Shown here in pieces: positions 11,140 through 23,249 of a DNA stretch of 64,000 nt. Within the stretch, counting starts at the first letter, position 1. Every line of letters starts with the position of its first letter. The DNA is from Octopus sinensis (Eukaryota), in NCBI RefSeq assembly GCF_006345805.1, contig NC_042999.1:75702001-75766000 (forward strand), written 5' to 3'. The notes beneath the pieces were generated by a model. That model was not told the DNA's origin, ran no database searches, and worked only from the letters and a program-made list of their open reading frames with translations. Position numbers and translations under genes: made by a program.

Positions 11140-13570
11140 TGTTGCCTCTCTTCGCTACATCGTTTGCTGCTGAAATCTTTGCTAGTGTGAGTCTCATTTT
11201 TCTGTTGGTGAATTTTTGTTAATTCTTATACAGTTTGTTGATTTGTGGATTCCTGTGTGAATCGAACTTTTGTCGTCGTTTCGACTGTGTTTTCGTCCTA
11301 CAGGGCGGAAAATTGTTAATTATTTTTTGTGAACTTTGCCCGGTACAAAGTAAAATATTTTTTCTACTTTTGTCATTCGTGACAGGTGTTTTCTTTTTTT
11401 GCGTTGTTGTCTGTAAAGACAATATTGTGTCTAAAAAATGGAAGTTGATTTAAAATCAAATGAGGATTTCCCCTCAGTGGAAGGAAATATTGAAAGAAAT
11501 GAAGGTGAAAAACCCAACTTTTCAGCGGCCGTTGGAGGTAACTTTATAGAGATGAACGTTTCAAAAGAACAACTATTTAAGTTCAGAAATCTAATAAAAA
11601 AGACGAGAAGTGACACTATATCATAATCGTTTTAATCAGTTTAGCCCTCATAATCTATGTTTAATGTTTCATATAAGTTGTGGCATCCGGTGCCGGCGAC
11701 CGAGTATCGATCTATTTTATTGCATTTCAATCTGTTTCTTAAACGAAATATACACCGCCAGAACTTCTTGTTGACAAACAACAGCAGTAATTGTATTCAC
11801 CTCAATAAACCTCATTGATTGGTTGAAATTGCCGAAATACGAGAAATTTAACAACAAATAGCTTACAAACTACAGAATTTTCTCAAGAACGCCAAGAGAA
11901 AAAGATGTTTTATGTGACACATTCTACCAGTATACGAAGTTTAAAAGTGTTTAGTTACCAAAAATTATTTTTTAGATCTGCTGGTCATAGTGAAAAGATC
12001 CCTAGACTCTTGTCACTACAAGAGACTATACAAATCCTGGCATCTAAAATGGTGGTGTATAAAATTTATAGCAGAAAGGAAAGAAAATAATGCTTGCAAA
12101 AATGAAACAGTAGAAAAGTGTCTGGCGCCCATTTGGGACAAAATTGTGTACTTAGGAAAAGGAGCGAGAAGCGCTACAGTGGAGTCGCATTTTAAAGATG
12201 CCGAAACGGCAAAGCAAATATCAACGCAAACATTAAGGAACGACGAAATAATCCTCCTTCCGATATATTTAGGAAGGAGGACAGCAAAAATTACGATAGA
12301 GAAAATACCAACCGGGTACAGGGAGTCATGGTTGGCTGCTGCGGTTATTTATGACACTGAAGAGGAAATAACTATACTACAAATGAGAAGGAGGGAGGCC
12401 ATTAACTAGAAAGCCCAAATCCTGGAAATTGTCGTACAGGCCCCAAATGAGGTACTGGAATCAAGGCCAGATCGAATCTTTATAGGGGAGGGCCCAAGCG
12501 CCCGTGTCTCGGTGGAAGGTCGAAGACCGAGGTGCTATAAGTGTGGCGAGAAGGGACACGTGAGGTCAGACTGCGGAAAGGTAAAAAAGACAAAAAAGGC
12601 AAATGTCCCTCACCTAAAAGAAAAATGTATAGAAACCAACAAGGAGGAGGAGAAAAAAGTGGGAAAACGGGAGAAAGAGACAAAGAGGAGGAGAATAAAT
12701 CACAGAAAACAAAAGATGGCGATAAAGGAAGTCAACAAGATAAAACGGAAGAGATGGATTACACAGATGTGACGCATAAACAAAAAAGCCCCAGCCCGTG
12801 ACTCCCCTCCCATAACAAAGAAAGCAATAACCACACGCGCAGGCACTCAAGAAAAAATTCCTCAGTCCACTCCCAAATCGAAACCCCAGACCCCCCCCCC
12901 AACCAATCAGAAGAGAGATTTATAAATTCAACGAAAAAACCAAGTAATGGCTAGAATTTTTGGAGGACACCCGCAGGTGTTCATATATAAGCGGGTACAA
13001 GACATGCCAGCCCATATTAGGCTGGCAAAAGTTATAGACGATGAACTAAATTTCATCGTCTATAATTCTGTAAAAAAAAGATATCCAGTGATTTTCTGGA
13101 CGTGACTAAAGAAGTGATCCAGAAAATGCTAAAGGTTGCACCCCAGAGAGAAAAAGAGGGAGTGACTGCCATAATTAGTGCAGCCCCTCCCGAAAACGTA
13201 AAAACTTAGGTTTCTTTTGCAGTTTTAAAAGTCACTAGATTTGAATATATGTGTGGTAACTGAGTCCAAGCTAAATGATCCACATAGTTCTCACTTGTTC
13301 TAAGTAGCTATGAGAAATTTATTTCTCCTAGTCGCCGGGGAGGCGCGGTCGGTGTCCTTTTCAACCGTGCCCCACACATACTAATCCATGGGATAACAAT
13401 CGGGGGAATTTAGGAGGCTAAAAATCGAGGCTGGTGAAGTCGCAGAAATTTTCCCACAACTATTTTTGACTCTTTTCGGAAGTATGGCATAGAAGCGAAT
13501 CATGCTGCCAAACATATTGCTTTCCAGCAGCAACCCTCTCCAGTCAGGCATTGACCACAGTCTCAAGCAG
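11140..13570 (+). mobile_element. Decayed L1/Tx1-clade LINE 5' part: ORF1 (gag-like CCHC knuckle) and start of endonuclease
   Basis: ORF pieces 11438-11626 and 11990-12409 (LPIYLGRRTAKITIEKIP), CYKCGEKGHVRSDC at about 12536, a K/E-rich tail, then VTESKL..RRGGAVGVLF near 13255-13365. Confidence 0.7.
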
Positions 13571-13925
13571 CGTCATAGTAGTCTGAATTAAGCCCAAGGC
13601 CCTGTTCAAAGATTTGTGGATGAATTTCGGCGTTCAGACACAGTCAGAATGCATAGTGTGTCTCGTCCCATAGGCTGCACCTTCCTCATCTTCTTTGCAA
13701 CTGTCCATGTCACGACTTACAGACTTTACGGTGTTCACACAGCACTGAGCAGCAGTCATGGTATTGGCAATTTGATACATATATTTAAAATATACGTGTA
13801 TATATATATGTGTGTGTGTGTTTGTTGTGTTGTGTGTGTGTGTGTGTGTGTGCATGTATATTTATATATATTTATATATATGTAAATTGCCAAAACTTTG
13901 CAGGCTCCGGCAAATTTATTATTTG

Positions 13926-13963
<38 letters not shown>

Positions 13964-14237
13964 TTTATCTAAGTTTTAAGTTTTATATATATATATATAT
14001 ATGAATGGTAGTAAAACTGGGTTATGAACGAAGGAATCAATGTCTGTAGCCAGTGAAATGTAATGATCAGTGACACGTGTTCGATAGTCCGATGACGTAA
14101 TTCAGGTTTAAGTTCCCTGTGTTTTCATGATCATTGTCAATGAGGAGACTTACTAGTCCCAGACAGTTGCTGTAGGGAAGGTCTTTCTACATAAAGCGTG
14201 TACACTATTGTGTTAAAAATAAATGTTTACAGTCATA

Positions 14238-15525
14238 TACTTGGTGTATTCGAAAAGGTCTGAGACTTTCTCAGGAAAGACACTAATTTCAAAGAATTAC
14301 AAGACACTAATTTCGTTCAAAGTAGGATCCTCTGACTTCAGTTGCACTAGTGGTGCTCCAGCCACTTCGTGAAGGTCCATGGGAGTTTTCCAAAATGAAG
14401 GTGTTCAGGATCTTTGTTATAGTCTTTCCAACTTCTCAGTGTCTTAAAAATGATTGCCATTGAAGATTTCCTTCAACAAGGGAACAACAACGAAATGTCG
14501 CAGGGAGTACGGCGTCTGGATTGAAGGGTGTGTGAAGAGCAGTTTTGGTGCCCTTCTTCTGTCAAGTAGTTGGTCACCTCAATGGAGTTTTGGATTGGTG
14601 CATTGTCCTAGTGCATGTGCCAACGACTCGAGTGCGACGAAATCTCTTCCTGAACTCCTTCAAAACCTCCACCAAGTACTCTTTGTTGACTATCTGGTCA
14701 GAGGGAACCCAGTGAATGTAGACCATGCCCTTGCTGTCGAAAAAAGAGGAATATTATGAGCTTCCTGATGGACTTACTTTGCTTGGCCTTCTTGGGTCTG
14801 GAAGAGCCAGGATACTTCCATTGAGCACTATGTATCTTGACCTCTGGATCATAAAAGTAGATCCATCTTTCTTTACAGGTCACAAGAGACTCAAGTACAC
14901 TTAGATTGAATGTAATGAACTCATTTATCTCCTGGCTGTCACCAACGTGTCTTTCCTTTTATTCGTAGCTAAGTGCCCTAGGAATAACCTTTACATCAAT
15001 TTTGTGCATGTTCAGATCTTCGTGAATAATTCTGTGTACAGTTACCACACCAACTCCAAAATGGATGCCTATTGCCTTTATAGACACATGCCGGTCTTCA
15101 ACCAGAAAATACTGAATTTTGTAAACGAACTCTGATGTTCTGGCGTCCTTGTCCCCCCACCACCTCTTATCGTCTCTCACCTCCTTTCTATTGTCCTTGA
15201 ACTTCTTGTGCCAGCGAAAAGTAGATACTTAGTTCATACAAGTTAATCTATAAGCAGTCCGGAACATTTCACTAGTTTCTGTAGCGCTTTTGCCCTCTTG
15301 ATTGTCTTCATGTCCCGACTGCATTCTGTTAACTAGACATCCGTAACAATCAGTCTTTAATAGATGTATTCAAAGTATTTTCATAGCCGTCTCCTTCAAT
15401 CTGGAATAAACTTTAACACGTCAGCTTATTAGATGTATAATAATGATATATTAAAATTACAATAATGTAGGACAGTTATAACTACCTCTCCTAAAAAAAG
15501 TCTCAACACTTCTGGAATATATCTC
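14238..15525 (-). mobile_element. Old full-length mariner (irritans-like)
   Basis: Degenerate TIRs (TATTCGAAAAGGTCTGAGACT / AGTCTCAACACTTCTGGAATA). Fragments EDRHVSIKAI..TVHRIIHEDLNMHK and WIYFYDPEVKIHSAQWKYPGSSRPKKAKQSKS. Confidence 0.85.
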
Positions 15526-15875
15526 CCGCGCGCGCGTGTGCGTGTGTGTGCTTTCATACAGTTACATATATACATGTATATGCATTATACACATGAACAC
15601 GCACGCACGCAAACACACTCATGCATATGCACATACATACAATGAGTTTAGCAGAAGTTTCACAAATTGTTACTACGTGTTTCATTATTGCGATTTTCGA
15701 ATGATTATTTATCCGAAGATCGGAAACATATTATTCAAAGTTACTGCTTATGAAACTTGCATTTGTTTTGCAAGATTATAGATATCGAAACACATGTTGA
15801 AACAGATGTAGCTGTATGTTAGGAGAGCCATTTTGATAATAAAAAACACACGCACTAATTCTATTTCATTTCATT

Positions 15876-16140
15876 TGTGAAAGGACTTAGCAGACGGAAG
15901 CTGAAAGAAACCTGTCGTATATATATTTAGGATCTGTTAAGTTTATCTTTGTGTTTGTGTTTGTCTCCCACAACCACTACTTGACAACCGTTGCTGGTTT
16001 GCTTACGTCCTTCTAACTTAGCAGTTCGGCAAAGGAAACTGATAGAATAAGTACTAGCCTTAAAAATATAGGTGCTGGAGTCGATTCGTTCGACTAAAAC
16101 CGTTCACAAGTATGCCTCAGTAAATGATAAACGATAAAAG
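15876..16140 (+). mobile_element. SINE family A, 5'-truncated
   Basis: Matches the body of the 32286-32717 and 52018-52421 copies (cagacggaagctgaaagaa...ttgacaaccg...gatagaataagtactag). Confidence 0.8.
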
Positions 16141-16160
16141 ATGTTTTGGCTTTACTCATT

Positions 16161-16360
16161 ATCGTTAGCACACCGGATGAAATGCTAAGCGGTATTTCGT
16201 CCGTCTTTAAGTTTTGAGTTCAAAATCCGCCGTGGACGACTTTGCCTTTCATCCTTTCAGGGTCGGTAAAATAAGTACCAGTTGAGCACTGGGGTCAATA
16301 TAGTCGACCATCCCCCTCCCTCAAAATTCCAGGCTTTGTGCCTATAGTAGAAATTAATTA

Positions 16361-16412
<52 letters not shown>

Positions 16413-16628
16413 GGCGGCGAGCTAGTAGAATCGTTAGCACGCCGGACAAAATGCTTAGCGGCATTTCGTCCGTCTTTACGTTCTGAGTTCAAATTCTACT
16501 GAGGTTGACTTTACCTTTCATCCTTTTGGCGTCGATGAAATAAGTACCAGTTGAGCATTGGGGTCGATGTAATCCACTAGCCCCTTTCCTCAAGATTTCA
16601 GGCCTTGTGCCTATAGTAGAACGGATTA
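16161..16628 (+). mobile_element. Two tandem SINE family B copies separated by (ATT)n
   Basis: GGCGGCGAGCTAGTAGAATCGTTAGCAC...GAGTTCAAAT...TTTCATCCTTT..GTCG..TAAAATAAGTACCAG at 16161-16352 and 16412-16628. Confidence 0.85.
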
Positions 16629-17444
16629 TCATTATTATTGCACCCTTGGATGTAAGTTAAAATTTTATGAAAATTGTACACGTAATTCCAATTCATGCGT
16701 TGCTATGCTAACATTGAGATCCGAATTACGTAAGATAATGTCGGGTTTTATTGCTTTATGTTGTATTGAAAACAAAATTAATAAACATTTTAAACAACCA
16801 TACACATTTTATCGGATAGACAGAATGAATTACAAATTTTATTTTGAGTTGCCAGAAAATATGCTTTATTTTTCTGCTATAATTTATCTAATTTTAATTA
16901 CAAAACTCATTTATTTCAGTAATAATCACATCATGAGACAATGCTACTCTAGGAAGCAGTGACAGCAACAACAACAATAACGAGAATAAAAACAGTGACA
17001 GAATTAATTAAACTTTAATTATAATTACTGAGGGAAAACACAAAATCTAGTTATTAACAAATCAGCAGAACAGATTTGGAAACAACGCTTATTGTTGCCG
17101 TTATAATTTTGAATATATTATATTGTTGAATACATAATGAAACAAATTTTAGAAAACCCAATGCATGTTAGATGACATTATATGGAGCAGACATTTCCAA
17201 ATGGATTCAAGTCTTATGATCACTAGTAATGAGGAACAGACTTAATGACATTTAAAATTAACACACGCGCACACACATGTATATATACATACAAAGACGT
17301 ACACATATTTATTCATTCGACATTCAAATTCCAAAGATACTGCAGGTGCAAAACACACCCACGCGTACATACATAAACTCTGTGTGTGTATGTGTGTGTG
17401 TGTGTGTGTGTATGTGTGTGTGTGTGTATGTGTGTGTGGTGTGT

Positions 17445-17481
<37 letters not shown>

Positions 17482-17821
17482 ACTAAAACATGTGAGTCAA
17501 ATAAAAGAAAATGTTCTCATTACGCAGTGCAGCATAAAATGTTATCGCTTTATATCTTAAAACAGCCAACATAATGAGTTTCATTGCGTGGAATATTTAA
17601 GGCAAAACCTATTTGCAGCAAGTCAATGAGAAACCAAAAGTAGTCAGCAAGTTCCGTTGACTTGCTTAACTTGAATTAATATATATAAATTTTACTATGT
17701 TCGTTTGTACAAGCTGTATATATATATCTGCCTTGCAATCTGATAGTTACTGCTGTCTCTTCTCTTGAAGTAGCTAAGAAAGTAAGTTAGAAAACTGGAT
17801 TGCAGAAACAGGACATATTCC

Positions 17822-18140
17822 AATGTATGTTAAGAAGCTTGCTTCACAACCACACGGTACTGGGTTCAGTCCCACTGTGTGGCACCTTTGGCAAGTGTCT
17901 TCTACTATAGCCTTAGGCCGACCAAAGCCTTGTGAGAAGATTTGGTAGACGGAATATCGTGTATGTATATATACATATATCTATGAGTGTATCTTTGTGT
18001 TTGTATATTCCCCACCATCGCTTGACAACCGGTGCTGGTGTGTTTACGCCCTGGTAACTTAACGATTCAGCAAAATAGACCTTTAGAATAAACACCAGGC
18101 TTACCAAAACATAGGTACTGGGGTCGAGTCATTGGACTAA
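17822..18140 (+). mobile_element. SINE family A
   Basis: GGGTTCAGTCCCACTG.GTGGCACCTTTGGCAAGTGTCTTC...GCCGACCAAAGCCTTGTGAG, homologous to the other family A copies. Confidence 0.85.
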
Positions 18141-18544
18141 TATATGCATGGCCGCATATATACCATCTTTTAAGTTCGTTTACGGGAAACGTTTTGAAGT
18201 ACGCATATAAAAGCTCCTTTTTTATTATGTCAACTACGGCCTAAAAGTACTAACTTCCAGTTGCAGTTTAATGGGATTGTACTGAGGTGTGCCGATATAA
18301 TGTCGGATAAATGTAGTAATAAAAATAATGCATGAACTATGCTCATAAGAAACACGCGACTTGTGGAAACGCGCGTAGCGATGCATTAAAATATTCATGG
18401 CTTCTGTCTATGGATTGTCATTATTATTACTATATGTATATACTATACATATTATATATATAAATGTATATATATTTATACACACAAATATATATAGTAT
18501 ACGCACACACACACATATGCATATATGTACATATATATTTATGC

Positions 18545-18620
<76 letters not shown>

Positions 18621-18808
18621 AAGTCATTATGCACATATATACAATATGTTATGTTCGACATCTATAAATTCATATGAAATATTTTAGAGAAAATAAAAAT
18701 AGGAATATTCAATTCTGATTGGCCTGCGTTAATAGCGTAAATAAAATGAAATGGTGTCTGTTAGGAATAAAAGCTACCTCGCTGATTTGGTTCGTTGACA
18801 GCTGATCT

Positions 18809-18814
18809 TTTATT
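18809..18814 (-). promoter_or_regulatory. Candidate polyadenylation signal (AATAAA) of the CYP gene
   Basis: AATAAA on the minus strand about 470 nt after the stop codon. Position only; no transcript evidence. Confidence 0.25.
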
Positions 18815-19285
18815 CAACGGTATTATGAGTTCGAGAAAAGAAAAAAACAATTTGTTGGTCAATCTCATGAAATTAGAGACGTAACTATGCTTTCTCGTAC
18901 TTTCTCACATACATACACTCACGCATGCACAAGCACGCAATATACGCACACAGACACACACATACAAACACACACATACAAACACACAAAGATACATATA
19001 ATCTTAAACTCGATTATGCTTTCGCTACATTTAAATACGGTAATAAATTTAGGCATGAAATGAAACAATGAGGCGTACAATTTATATATACATATTTGCA
19101 TACAGAAGTGTATGATTTTAAAGTACAATTTAGTATGTACATATCAATGTGATTATGTATATATACATGCACACATCCACACATATATGAATATATGTCT
19201 ACCTATGTATCTATCAATGTATTCATGCATCTATCATATATTCACTGAGGTTTAACTAGTATCCATCAAACAGCTAACAGAATGT

Positions 19286-19536
19286 TCAGTTGCTCTCACT
19301 GGTCGACGTTTCAAGGGTTTCGGTGTTCTCTATCAATACTGAGTTTGTAGGCGTCTGCGATCTTCGCACAATCTTGATATTAAATCTCTCGGGAACATTT
19401 GTAACTCCAAATTTACCCTTCAATGACGGTGGCTTTACTCCTGGGGTACATTCAAGAGTAAACTGTTGCAAGATACCCGCCAAAAATATAAACAGTTCAG
19501 CTTTGGCTAACGGCTCCCCGAAGCAACTTCGTTTGC
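19286..19536 (-). CDS. Cytochrome P450 (CYP2 clan), terminal coding exon with heme-ligating Cys
   Basis: Acceptor cttttctgtttcag|GC AAA CGA AGT TGC TTC GGG GAG. Spliced to the previous exon it gives FFIGKRSCFGE (FxxGxRxCxG), then LAKAELFIFLAGILQQF...FNIKIVRR...SESN* (TGA at 19286-19288). Phase 1 is compatible. Confidence 0.93.
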
Positions 19537-19638
19537 CTGAAACAGAAAAGAATTAAACTTAATATCGATGAAATGACTCACAGGGAACTCATATTTGGTT
19601 ATATATAAAGAAAACGCATTATACGTACATGTTATATA

Positions 19639-19671
<33 letters not shown>

Positions 19672-19693
19672 ATAGACAGACAGACAGGTATTA

Positions 19694-19834
<141 letters not shown>

Positions 19835-20883
19835 CAGACATATATACATACATGCATGCATGCAGACGGACAGATATGGTTATATATTATACTAAAGGGA
19901 ATCCACAGAGGATCGATGCATATCAAAGTGAAGTACGGCTCACAATTTACTAGTCCGAATGAGGCAAATCAGACAGTGAAGTATTCCATTATCATAGCAC
20001 GCAATGCATCGTTGAAGAGAAGTATAGTAATACGCAGCTCTAATAATACCCAAAAAAACCTCAAGCATAGCGTAAAAACATAGTAAAAAAGACAAATGGG
20101 TTATCTGGAACTGATACAAGTGTTTCATTAAAAGTCTTTATTTGTTACATGAACATGGTACGTTCAAACATGCTGTATACAAGACATCCATAAGATTACG
20201 TAATGCGATACGCAACTGTAAAACTTATCAGGCTAACCGAATATACAAGCGAGCAGTGACATGCTAATTAATCAATAGATCATTAAGTGAAATTTCTAAT
20301 CAGAACTACCAACATTTAAGAATGCAATATGTCAACCACGACGGCAAATAGTAGAATGAGATTGTAAATTAAAGAATGGCTAAATGGCATTTCTATTCTA
20401 AAGATGTCATTAAACTTAACGACTTGCTCATAAAGGTTCGGACTGGCAAACCATACTTATATAACAGCAGAGAACAGGGGCCAAACACGACATCTGACCC
20501 TATCAAAATATATTTGGTGATAGTTGCCGACGTTGTTCTAAAAAAAAAACATTCACCGTGCTATATTGTAAGGAGAGACATGAATAATTCCAGCGTTACT
20601 TATACATTTACGCGCGCGGATTAATCATTGCAGATTTAAGTGAATGTTAGATTGAATGAATGGAGATTCAGCTAATTATGATTCAGGGAACTTAAAGGAA
20701 AACCGCAAAGGATAGCGAAGTCATACGATCAAACACGCGTGTATATATTGTGTTGTTATTGTTGCTATCAGCAGATATAAATGGTTAATGCATAGCAGAA
20801 TATTTACCAGTGCTTTTACATTTTAGGTCAGAAAACGATAAATTGCTCAAGATATTACGCAATTCTAAAGGATATCTATACGA

Positions 20884-21009
20884 GGCGTAGGAGTGGCTGT
20901 GTGGTAAGTGGCTTGCTTACGAACCACATGGTTCTGGGTTCAGTCTCGGGCCGACCAAAGCCTTGTGAATGGATTTGGTAGACGGAAACTGAAAGAAGCC
21001 CGTCATATA

Positions 21010-21077
<68 letters not shown>

Positions 21078-21122
21078 ATATGTATGTATGTATGTATATA
21101 TGTATATATGTATGTATGTATG

Positions 21123-21156
<34 letters not shown>

Positions 21157-21434
21157 TGTATGTATGCATGCATGCATGCATGCATGCATGTATGTATGTA
21201 TGTATGTGTATATGTTTGTGTGTCTGTGTTTGCTCCCCCCCCAGCATCGCTTGACAACCGATGCTGGTGTGTTAACGCCCCCGTAACTTAGCGGTTCGGC
21301 AAAAGAGAACCGATAGAATAAGTACTAGGCTTACAAATAATAAGTCCTTGGGTCGATTTGCTCGATCGACTAAAGGTGGTGCTCCAGTATGGCCACAGTC
21401 AAGTGACTGAAACAAGTAAAAGAGTTAAAGAGTA
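20884..21434 (+). mobile_element. SINE family A with expanded internal microsatellite
   Basis: GGCGTAGGAGTGGCTGTGTGGTAAG head, internal (TA)/(TATG)n, tail GACTGAAACAAGTAAAAGAG. Confidence 0.9.
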
Positions 21435-21455
21435 AGTATAATCTATAGACTAAAG

Positions 21456-21971
21456 CAGCGATTTTTTGCATCACAGACCAGTTTCATGCAAGGAAATTTT
21501 TCCACGAACTGAGGGATCCTAACAAAGCAATAAAACGCATTATAATTTATTTATTACATATGTAATACACATATATACATACATGCATACGTATATACAT
21601 ACATACAAACATACATACAAAGAGGAAAAACAGTTAATCACGGCAGAACTAAGGCATTTAAATTTATTTAGTTTAGTTTAATTTAAGAGTTAATTCCAAT
21701 GCAATGTAGGTAGAATTAATTAATATAGTCTCTTACAGTTCTTTCTGGGATACCCCAGGCACAGGATCGTCGTACTGATCCAAGGTTCCATATACTGGGT
21801 ATTTCGTTATCGGTATACACACACACACACACATTACACATATAATGTTTATGCAATGCAAACAAAAACACCCTGCAGACTACGACAGTCAATAAAATAG
21901 AAAAGATTTTACAATTTATTCTCTATGTGCGACCTGGTACTGGTCTGTGGCCCGGTGGTTGAGGACCCTTG
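21456..21971. mobile_element. hAT/Charlie-like MITE (MER1-like ends)
   Basis: Left end CAGCG..TTTTTGCATCACAGACCAGTTTCATGCAAGGAAATTTTTCCACG, right end GGTACTGGTCTGTGGCCCGGTGGTTGAGGACCCTTG. Flanks gactaaag/aacaaaag resemble an 8-bp TSD (6/8). Confidence 0.6.
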
Positions 21972-22360
21972 AACAAAAGGATTGCTCACAGACACGACTA
22001 GCAGTCATTTGAAATAGACTGCTCAGCGATAAAGTAAATATCATGATTTCGATTGTCCTTATCTATAATTTTTTTCTTTGACACTTTGAGGTGGCTACTG
22101 CTATGATTCTACCCCTAACCCCAGAAACTAGATATAAAAGAAATACAATATATAATAAAGAAGATAAAACTCAAATTAAGACAGCCATCAACAGCACCTT
22201 TTATCTCCCGACTCCCTGAAGTAGCGACAAGATATTATTTATTCATTTGGTAATTTAGACGACTGACGCTTATTTTGTTTTCCGGCCTCAGCACGTATGA
22301 CTATTGTGTCAATGACATATCTATCTTTCTATAATTTACGTCTGCGTGAATGTGTTTCTT

Positions 22361-22414
<54 letters not shown>

Positions 22415-22546
22415 ACACACACACACACCACACACACACACACAAATATATATTCACCTCTTGTCTATTATTTAGATAATAACGACTGGTTGGTTAACAC
22501 ATTTACTAATACACACAAACACAGACAAACACACCTCTCTTATACA

Positions 22547-22625
<79 letters not shown>

Positions 22626-22700
22626 ATACATAAACGTATTTACTCGGTAAGAAGACATATATTCATATAAATGATAAATTATTTGGTGTTACCACGCCAT

Positions 22701-22736
<36 letters not shown>

Positions 22737-22945
22737 AATCAAGGAACGGCCATAATAGGCCATTCACCCACTAGAAATAACAGCCAAAAAGCTTCAACCG
22801 CAAAATAACATTAATTCTGTAAACCAGGAGAAAATTAAAAAAACATTTACCCTGAAATTCCTTATACGATGCACCGTTTCGTCTACTGTTTAATGGTAAA
22901 CTAACCTGATTAAATTAAATCAAGCCAATCTACCATATTGATTAA

Positions 22946-22977
<32 letters not shown>

Positions 22978-23018
<41 letters not shown>

Positions 23019-23123
23019 GGATGGATGGATGGATGGATGGATGGATGGATGGATGGATGGATAGATAGGTAGGTAGGTAGGTAGGTAGGTAGGTAGATAG
23101 ATAGATAGATAGATAGATGGATG

Positions 23124-23208
<85 letters not shown>

Positions 23209-23245
23209 GTAGGTAGATAGATAGGCAGACAGACAAACAGATAGT
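22978..23245. repeat. Compound (GATA)/(GATG)/(GGTA)n microsatellite at the Tx1 3' end
   Basis: Direct reading. Confidence 0.95.
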
Positions 23246-23249
23246 TAGA

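Noticed and set aside
14137-14175. ATGA-GGAGACT/AGTCCC-AGAC-AGTT-GC hammerhead-like remnant
   Set aside because: Needs five or more core corrections and has no stem I. It may be an old copy but is not supportable.
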